A stretch of 64,000 bases of DNA from 'Waltheria sp.' little leaf phytoplasma (GTDB taxonomy: Bacteria; Bacillota_I; Bacilli_A; Acholeplasmatales; Acholeplasmataceae). Below the pieces are notes generated by a model. That model saw only the letters and a program-made list of their open reading frames with translations, was not told where the DNA came from and made no database searches. This document shows, one piece after another, positions 56,943 to 64,000 of this stretch (position 1 is its first letter; each line of letters begins with the position of its first letter). Location: NCBI GenBank assembly GCA_032886695.1, contig JAUZJE010000001.1:80388-144387 (forward strand), written 5' to 3'. The translations under genes were made by a program, and so were the position numbers.

Positions 56943-57074
56943 TGGTTTAAAAACTAAAAATTGTAATTGTAAAGATTTTAACAAATTAATGCGTTTAATC
57001 AATTCAGTTGTTTTTCCAGAAAACATCGGACCGCAAATAACTTCAATAAAACCTTCTTCATCTACCACCATCAT
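56943..57074 (-). CDS. tdk: Thymidine kinase, exon 1 (44 codons; missed by the ORF track)
   Basis: MMVVDEEGFIEVICGPMFSGKTTELIKRINLLKSLQLQFLVFKP with the TK P-loop; GAGAGG RBS upstream. Confidence 0.93.
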
Positions 57075-57118
57075 TATAAAGATAACCTCTCTCTTCGTTG
57101 ATAAATAATTAATTTAAT

Positions 57119-57346
57119 TTAATTTTTGTCTTTGGCTCCTGATAATTTACCATAGCGTTTATAAAATTTATCGATCCTGCCCGCGACTGTAACAAAAGAT
57201 TGAGAATTTGTATAAAAAGAATGACAATTAGAGCAAGTTTCAATCTTAATTTTTTCCACAGTAGTTCCAATTTTATGTTTTTTATAACAAGTAGCACAAG
57301 CGACTTCAATTTCGTAAAAATTAGGATGTTTAATAGTCTTTTTCAT
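57119..57346 (-). CDS. rpmE: 50S ribosomal protein L31
   Basis: [29 protein letters not shown]. Confidence 0.95.
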   Translation of the reverse strand: MKKTIKHPNFYEIEVACATCYKKHKIGTTVEKIKIETCSNCHSFYTNSQSFVTVAGRIDKFYKRYGKLSGAKDKN

Positions 57347-57537
57347 AAGTTATATCCTTTTCTAAATAAATAAAATTAATATTTTTTCATAACTTTTCAT
57401 AACTTCATAACCAATAAAAATGATCTTGGAATAACTAAAATTTGATAAAAAAAACTTCACTAATACATTTTAACATATTCACCAAATTTAAATTAAAATA
57501 TCATCATAATAAAATAAAAATTCTATATTAATAATTT

Positions 57538-58803
57538 TTAATAATATAAAGGGTATTTAGCGATTAAGGTTAAAACTTCTTTTTTTATTTGTGCTAAAAT
57601 AATTTCATTTTGATAATTTTTTAAAGCACGATTTATCATATAAGCTATTTGAATAAATTCTTTCTCCTTAAAGCCTCTTGTAGTCATAGCAGCAGTTCCT
57701 AGTCGAATTCCTGAAGGATAAAAACCTTTCTTTTTATCGAAAGGAATAAAATTTTTATTAACTATAATATTAATTTTTTGCAAAATATCTGCCGCAATTT
57801 TACCATTTATTTTCGGATTATTATAAGTAACATCAATGGTTAATAAATGATTTTCTGTAGTACCACTAATAACACGATAGCCTAAACTTTTTAAACAATT
57901 AGTTAAACACAAAGAATTTTTAACCACTTGTTGTTGATATAATATAAAATCATTTGTTAAAGCTTCTTTAAAAGCAACCGCTTTAGCAGCAATAGTATGC
58001 ATAAAAGGTCCCCCTTGTGTTCCTGGAAAAATCCCTTTATTAATTTTATTATGTATCTCTAAACTATTAGTTAAAATAATTCCGCCTCTAGGACCTCTAA
58101 GAGTTTTATGAGTAGTAGAAGTAACTACATCAGCTTTAGCAAGTAAAGGGCAAGGGTGTAAACGACTTGCTATTAATCCTGCTATATGAGCAACATCCGC
58201 CATTAAATAAGCATTAACTGTATCAGCAATTTGACGAAATTTTACAAAATCAATTTTTCTAGAATAAGCAGAAGCACCTGCTATAATTAATTTTGGCTTC
58301 ACTTGATAAGCTATTTTAAGAATATTTTCATAATCAAGAATTTCTGTCTCCGGAGAAACACTATAACTAAAAGAACGAAAAAAAATACCAGAAAAACTTA
58401 AAATAGAACCATGACTTAAATGTCCTCCTGAATCCAAAGACATACCTAAAATAACATCATTAGGCTTTAATAAAGCTTGTAAAACAGCCATATTCGCTTG
58501 AGTTCCCGAATGAGGTTGAACATTAACATATTTAGCATTAAATAATTGTTGAGCTCTTGAAATTGCTATTTTTTCAATTTCATCAACACAATAGCAACCA
58601 TTATAATATCTTTTATCGGGATAACCTTCTGCATACTTATTAGTTAATATACTTCCTTGAGCTGCTAAAACAGCTGGAGATGTAAAATTTTCAGAAGCAA
58701 TTAATGTCAAACAATCTTCTTGCCTTTTTGTTTCTTTTAAAATTAGATTATATATTGTAATATCCGTTTGTTTAAGATAATTCATGTTCCGAAAAACCAC
58801 CAA
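57538..58803 (-). CDS. glyA: Serine hydroxymethyltransferase
   Basis: LIASEN, NKYAEGYP, VTSTTHKTLRGPRGG, SGIRLGT. Confidence 0.97.
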   Translation of the reverse strand: MVVFRNMNYLKQTDITIYNLILKETKRQEDCLTLIASENFTSPAVLAAQGSILTNKYAEGYPDKRYYNGCYCVDEIEKIAISRAQQLFNAKYVNVQPHSGTQANMAVLQALLKPNDVILGMSLDSGGHLSHGSILSFSGIFFRSFSYSVSPETEILDYENILKIAYQVKPKLIIAGASAYSRKIDFVKFRQIADTVNAYLMADVAHIAGLIASRLHPCPLLAKADVVTSTTHKTLRGPRGGIILTNSLEIHNKINKGIFPGTQGGPFMHTIAAKAVAFKEALTNDFILYQQQVVKNSLCLTNCLKSLGYRVISGTTENHLLTIDVTYNNPKINGKIAADILQKINIIVNKNFIPFDKKKGFYPSGIRLGTAAMTTRGFKEKEFIQIAYMINRALKNYQNEIILAQIKKEVLTLIAKYPLYY

Positions 58804-58824
58804 TATTTTAATTTTCCAATGATA

Positions 58825-59964
58825 TTATATTTTGCCAACAACAGGAAACAACAAATATAACATACCAGAATCTTCTTCGTTGAAAATAAGAAAAGATGTG
58901 GCAAAACTATCAAAAATCATTTTAAATTCTTTGACCGCGAATACCTTTAAAATATCTTCTAAATGTTGAACATTTAAAAAAGTTTCTACATTTTCATTAG
59001 CAAAAACTTCAATAGCATTTAATCGCTCTGAAGCTTGACCAATTTCATCACTACTAGCCGAAATTTCTATAATATTATCTAATCTAATATATAATCTAAT
59101 AATATTAGAAAAAATATTTTCTTCTTTAGTTAAAACTAAAGAAACTCTTTCTAAAGTTTTTAAAAAATCTAATCTATTAATTTTTACAAAAAAAGGAAAA
59201 GAACTAACCTTAATAATAGGCCATGCAGGATATTTACCTTCTAAAAGAGTAGTTTGAAATAATAAACTATCACATTTTAAAATCATTTTTTGTTTATTAA
59301 TAGATATATTAACAAACTCGTCTTTTTGATAATCTAATAATTTATATAATTCTTCTAAATTTTTATAAGAAACAGTAATATTAAAATCGCAATAATCTAA
59401 ATCTAATGATATTTCTTTTTGTGCAATTCGAAAAGTATCTGTAGCCAAAATTCTTAAAATAGAATTTTCATAAATAAAATTAACTCCCATAAGAATTTTT
59501 TGTTGCTTATCACGAGAAGCAGCAACATTAACTTCTTTAATGATTTTTTTTAAAAGTTCCTTTTTAATAACTAAAAATTTATCAGATTTAAAATCAAAAC
59601 TAACAGGTGGAAAAAATTGTAAATCAATAACTTTTAATTTATATTCAGAATTTTTAGAATTAATAAATAATAAATAATCTTCTACAAGAGTCATTTCTAA
59701 AGAACAAAAATCAATTTTTTTAATAATATCGACTAAATGTTTACCTATGATCACTAAAGAGCCATTTTGTTTAACTAATAAATCAGTGTCTTTAATTTGT
59801 AATTGAATATTCTTATTATAATCCATCGCTTCTAAATAACAAACATTATTTAAAGCTTTAATTTTAATATAATGAAAAATAGGAAAAAGAGTTTTAGGAG
59901 GAAGTATTTTATAAATTTGTAATAAATAATGTAATAAAACTTCCTTTGTAATTTCTAAATGCAT
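58825..59964 (-). CDS. dnaN: DNA polymerase III beta clamp
   Basis: ILMGVNF, LATDTFRIA, LLEGKYP, YLLFPV; downstream of dnaA. Confidence 0.92.
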   Translation of the reverse strand: MHLEITKEVLLHYLLQIYKILPPKTLFPIFHYIKIKALNNVCYLEAMDYNKNIQLQIKDTDLLVKQNGSLVIIGKHLVDIIKKIDFCSLEMTLVEDYLLFINSKNSEYKLKVIDLQFFPPVSFDFKSDKFLVIKKELLKKIIKEVNVAASRDKQQKILMGVNFIYENSILRILATDTFRIAQKEISLDLDYCDFNITVSYKNLEELYKLLDYQKDEFVNISINKQKMILKCDSLLFQTTLLEGKYPAWPIIKVSSFPFFVKINRLDFLKTLERVSLVLTKEENIFSNIIRLYIRLDNIIEISASSDEIGQASERLNAIEVFANENVETFLNVQHLEDILKVFAVKEFKMIFDSFATSFLIFNEEDSGMLYLLFPVVGKI

Positions 59965-59975
59965 AATTGTTTGAA

Positions 59976-61511
59976 TTAACCTTCCAAAGCGAGATTATCA
60001 TTATTTAACTTTAACATTATTTTCTGAATATTTTGTTCTAAATTTTGATCCACTTTAATTTTATTTTTAATTCTCTGATAAGATTTTGAAATAGTCGAAT
60101 AATGTCTTTTATTAAATAAAAAACCTATCATTTCATTAGAAATTTTATTTCTTTTTTTAATTAAATAAATAGCTATATCCCGAGGTAAAGAATATTGAGG
60201 ATCTCTAGATTGACTATTTAAATCACTAACTTTAATATTAAAGAATCGACTAACAATTTTCTGAATTTTCCTAATATCAGTTTCTTCAGGAGAAATATTA
60301 TTTTTATTCTTTAACAAAGGTTCTAAAGCGATTAATGAATTAGTCAAATTCATTTCAAAACCATAAATTTGACTATAATTTAATAAACGTAATAAAACTC
60401 CTTCTAATTCACGAATATTATCACCAAAATGAAAAGAAATAAAATTTAAAACTTCTTTATTTAATTTATTTCTTAAATTACTTGGCATTGATGATAACTT
60501 TTTTTGAATAATCTTTAAACAATGTTGTTGATCAGGTTTCTTAATATCACTTACTAAACCTGATTGAAAACGGTTTGTTAATCTACCCATAATTTTTTTT
60601 AATTGAATTACAGGTTTGTCGCTAGTAATAACTATTTGCTTACGTTGAGAATTTAAATGATCAAAAAGTTTAAAAAACTCTATTTGCGTATATTTAGCAT
60701 TTTCCATCATTTGAATATCATCTATTAACAAAACATCTAAATTTCTATATTTCGCATGAAATTCATCCATTTGATCTTGTTTCAACTTAGAAGTAAATTC
60801 TTCCATAAATCCTTCGGCTTTCACATACAAAATTTTTTTATGGGGATTTTTTTGTATCATAAAATTACCTATAGCATGCATTAGATGAGTTTTACCTAAA
60901 CCAACATCTCCAAAAATATATAAAGGATTAGCTCTTAATAAAGTTTCTTCGTTAGCAGTTTTTTGAGCAATTCGAAAAGTAAAATCATTACTCGCTCCTG
61001 TAACAAAATTATCAAAATTATACCTAGATTCCAAACCAGAAGAAAAATTATCATTATAATTCAAATTAAATTCTTTTAAATCCCAAGAATAATCAATTTG
61101 TAAAGATTTATTTTTATCAAAATTATCTGAATTAATCGTATTTATAACCATATTTTTCATATTTTTATCAGAATTAGTTAATAAATCATCATTAAAATTA
61201 TCTGAATTATTCGTATCTATAACCATATTTTTATCAGAATTAGTTAATAAATCTTCATCAGACAAAAATTTAAAAAAAATGTCTTTATCAGAATATTTTT
61301 TAGAAATTTCCTGAATTAAATCTAAATAATTCAGTAAAATAATTTTAGTTTTAATAAAATCACTAACTAAAATAAAAATAGTATTTTCTTCTATTTTATA
61401 AGGATTTTTCATATTAATAAAATTAGCTCTAAAAACCTCTGGACTACACCTTATAGACAATTCTTCTATCACTTTATCTAAAACTTGTCTTACCGACAAT
61501 GACATAATCAT
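59976..61511 (-). CDS. dnaA: Chromosomal replication initiator DnaA
   Basis: YNFDNFVTG, NPLYIFGDVGLGKTHL, LLIDDIQ, NIRELEG, domain IV RHYST. Confidence 0.97.
   Translation of the reverse strand: MIMSLSVRQVLDKVIEELSIRCSPEVFRANFINMKNPYKIEENTIFILVSDFIKTKIILLNYLDLIQEISKKYSDKDIFFKFLSDEDLLTNSDKNMVIDTNNSDNFNDDLLTNSDKNMKNMVINTINSDNFDKNKSLQIDYSWDLKEFNLNYNDNFSSGLESRYNFDNFVTGASNDFTFRIAQKTANEETLLRANPLYIFGDVGLGKTHLMHAIGNFMIQKNPHKKILYVKAEGFMEEFTSKLKQDQMDEFHAKYRNLDVLLIDDIQMMENAKYTQIEFFKLFDHLNSQRKQIVITSDKPVIQLKKIMGRLTNRFQSGLVSDIKKPDQQHCLKIIQKKLSSMPSNLRNKLNKEVLNFISFHFGDNIRELEGVLLRLLNYSQIYGFEMNLTNSLIALEPLLKNKNNISPEETDIRKIQKIVSRFFNIKVSDLNSQSRDPQYSLPRDIAIYLIKKRNKISNEMIGFLFNKRHYSTISKSYQRIKNKIKVDQNLEQNIQKIMLKLNNDNLALEG
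61120..61259. repeat. ~66-bp tandem duplication in the DnaA domain II linker
   Basis: DLLTNSDKNMVIDTNNSDNF / DLLTNSDKNMKNMVINTINSDNF. Confidence 0.85.
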
Positions 61512-61550
61512 TCTCTCCTTAAGAAATATCTTTTTTATCCAAAAAAATAA

Positions 61551-64000
61551 TTAAATAGAACATGCTTCACATTCGGATAATTTTAATTTTCTAGTTCTAG
61601 TATAATAAAGAGTTTTTATTCCTTTATAATGAGCATATAAATAAATTTTTTGTAATTCTCTAGTATTCATATCAGAATTAATACATAATTCCAATGAAAT
61701 ACCTTGATCTATATGTTTTTGTGCAACTGCTATAACATTTATTAGTTTAAATTTATCAATTTGATAAGCAGTTTGATACATAAAAGAAAAATCAGACAAA
61801 TAAGGTGCCGGAAAATAAGTTTTAGAATTTCCGTAAGTTCTCTCTTCGACTAATTGTTTTATAGGTGTTAGAGAAGAAGTAGTAGACATAACATATCCAA
61901 TTGAACCATTAGGAGCTATAGCTAATCTATGTGAATTCCATAAACCATACTTTATAATATTTTTACGTAATTCATCCCAATCTTCGTTATTAGGCAATTC
62001 AATATCTTCAAAAATCTTTTTAATTTTTGGAAGTTTAGGCATAATAGCTTGTCTATTTTCAAAATATTCACCGCTAGCATAAGTTGATTTTTCAAAGTTA
62101 AAAAATTTTTGACCTGTTTTTTTCGCTTTCAAATTAGAATGTAACAAAGAATAATAATTAACAGCATTAAAAAAAACATCAATTAATTCTAAGTTTTCTT
62201 CGCTACCAAATTCTATCATATTTTCTACTAAAAAACTATGATGGCCCATCATACCAAAACCAACACTCCTATTTAATCGATTAGCTTTACATACTCCCGG
62301 AACATAATGAATATTACTTTTTGTAGAAACCGAATTCATCAATTCCATAGCTAAAAAAACAGTCTCTTTAATATTTTTATTTTTAATCATATTACCCATA
62401 TGACCAGAAGATAAATTACATGAAATATCCATACCAATTATATCTTTATCTCTTTGATCATAAGGAGCATAATGAGAAGTTAATGAAGGCTGTAAAATTT
62501 CTGTGCATAAATTGGAAAATTTAATTTTTCCGCTCGAAGTATTTTGTTTGTTGGCATTATCGCAAAACATAATATATGGATAACCTGATTCACCTTGTAA
62601 TTGAGCAATTGTTTCTAATAGATGTCTAGGATTTATAAATTTTTTATCAATGTCAGAATCATTAACCAAAATTTCATACCATTTATCCATTTCAACACTA
62701 ACATCCGCAAAATTCATTTTATATTTTTTATAAATACTATGAGGATAAAACAAAGCCATCATTTTGTTTTCTTTAGCTAAAGAAATCATTTTATCAGATA
62801 CTACAACACCTAAAGATAATGTTTTTAATCTAACATCATCATCTGCATTTAATTTTTTAGAGTTTAAAAAATCTAAAATATCAGCATGATGAGCACTTAA
62901 ATAAATAGCGACAGCTCCTAATCTATGTCCCATTTGATCAGCATAACGAGAAACATAATCTAAAATTTTGGCTACACCAATAACACCTTTACATGCATTA
63001 GCAATTCCTTTGATAGATTCACCTTTAGCTCTTAAATTGGATAAATTAATAGAAACTCCTCCGCCTATTTTAGATAATTGCATAGTAAATTCTATAATAC
63101 GAGATATATCATTCAAAGAATCTCCAGCCTCTAAAAGAAAACAAGAAACAAATTCCCCTCTTTTTTTAAGCCCGCTGTTTAATAATGTAGGAGTAGCTGG
63201 AGTGAAATTTTGTCTAATTAAACTATTAATTAATTGCTTAGCTAATTCGAAATTTCCGGAACTATGATACAAAGCATTAATAACCAAACGATCTTCATAA
63301 GTTTCTAAATAATTTCTTTTATCTCTAGTTTTTAAAGAATAATCTTTATAAAATTTATAAGCACTCATAAAGGAATTAAAACGAAAATTATAATCATATG
63401 CTATTTTGTAAATTTCTTGAATTTGATCAAAAGAATAAAGTTTTAAAAAATCTTCCTCATAATACTCATTATCAATTAAAAATTTTAATTTATCAGATAA
63501 ATTATCAAATTTCTTTAATTTAGGCTTAATTTCTTCAGATAAATAACTATCTAAAGCTTCTAAATCTTTATTAAGATCCTTAATATTGCCATTTTCATCT
63601 ATAATTTGATTATTTAAAATGATCCAACGAGAAATCGAATTATTATCACAAAATTTATTTTGATTATTAAAAAAATTTTTACACTTATAATCCAAAATAC
63701 CACTCACTCCTATATTAATTTCAAATTTATTATAATTTTGAATCCATTCATTTAATTTTTGAACATCTTCTGTAAAACCTTTTCCTTCGAATTTCATAAT
63801 TAAAGGAATACCGAATTCTTTAGAAGCAACATCTCCAGCTCTGGCATAATTAAAACCATAATTTTTGTTACCAGAAGAAGCTAAACCTATAACTAAATGA
63901 GAATATTTTTTCAAAAAAATTCTAGCTTCTTGGGATAATTCACCGAAACCAACTGTTTTAATCACTAAAATAATTTTATCATTATTATCAACAAATTCTG
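61551..64000 (-). CDS. nrdE: Class Ib ribonucleotide reductase alpha subunit with an N-terminally fused NrdI flavodoxin (5' end outside the window)
   Basis: NrdI motifs GLASSGNKNYG, YARAG, PLIMKFE run without a stop into NrdE (PATPTLLNSG, SCFL, SNLCTEI, APNGSI, KTLYY, CEACSI). The frame stays open to the window edge. Confidence 0.92.
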   Translation of the reverse strand, partial: EFVDNNDKIILVIKTVGFGELSQEARIFLKKYSHLVIGLASSGNKNYGFNYARAGDVASKEFGIPLIMKFEGKGFTEDVQKLNEWIQNYNKFEINIGVSGILDYKCKNFFNNQNKFCDNNSISRWIILNNQIIDENGNIKDLNKDLEALDSYLSEEIKPKLKKFDNLSDKLKFLIDNEYYEEDFLKLYSFDQIQEIYKIAYDYNFRFNSFMSAYKFYKDYSLKTRDKRNYLETYEDRLVINALYHSSGNFELAKQLINSLIRQNFTPATPTLLNSGLKKRGEFVSCFLLEAGDSLNDISRIIEFTMQLSKIGGGVSINLSNLRAKGESIKGIANACKGVIGVAKILDYVSRYADQMGHRLGAVAIYLSAHHADILDFLNSKKLNADDDVRLKTLSLGVVVSDKMISLAKENKMMALFYPHSIYKKYKMNFADVSVEMDKWYEILVNDSDIDKKFINPRHLLETIAQLQGESGYPYIMFCDNANKQNTSSGKIKFSNLCTEILQPSLTSHYAPYDQRDKDIIGMDISCNLSSGHMGNMIKNKNIKETVFLAMELMNSVSTKSNIHYVPGVCKANRLNRSVGFGMMGHHSFLVENMIEFGSEENLELIDVFFNAVNYYSLLHSNLKAKKTGQKFFNFEKSTYASGEYFENRQAIMPKLPKIKKIFEDIELPNNEDWDELRKNIIKYGLWNSHRLAIAPNGSIGYVMSTTSSLTPIKQLVEERTYGNSKTYFPAPYLSDFSFMYQTAYQIDKFKLINVIAVAQKHIDQGISLELCINSDMNTRELQKIYLYAHYKGIKTLYYTRTRKLKLSECEACSI

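Overview
Very AT-rich Mollicutes DNA that reads as a 'Candidatus Phytoplasma' chromosome segment: TGA is used as a stop, and the plsX-rnc-dnaD-imp-pyrG-psd-pssA-rpoE block is present. Most genes are housekeeping genes on the minus strand (ABC exporters, groESL, thrS, mnmE, nrnA, a sugar ABC importer, asnS, dnaX, nox, polC, mnmG/rsmG, tadA, tdk, rpmE, glyA, dnaN, dnaA, nrdI-nrdE), plus tmRNA, tRNA-Leu(CAA) and an SRP RNA. The main unexplained structure is a population of group II introns that the ORF track misses. (i) An ORF-less group II twintron splits a membrane-anchored protein gene: the inner intron (332-1264) sits 3 nt from the 3' end of the outer intron (329-2064). (ii) An intron whose RT core is deleted (55716-56942) splits thymidine kinase into two in-frame exons. 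(iii) Four decayed copies remain, including one whose 5' end now appears to supply the nrnA stop codon and one YADD reverse-transcriptase pseudogene. In the three apparently intact introns the putative EBS1 loop is complementary to its own 5' exon end and in-silico splicing restores the reading frame, which suggests live introns that depend on a maturase supplied in trans. Other oddities: an NrdI-NrdE fusion, an orphan JetA/DUF5716-like gene, a homopolymer frameshift in asnS and an SRP RNA without the GNRA tetraloop. All calls come from reading the sequence by eye; no searches or folding were run.
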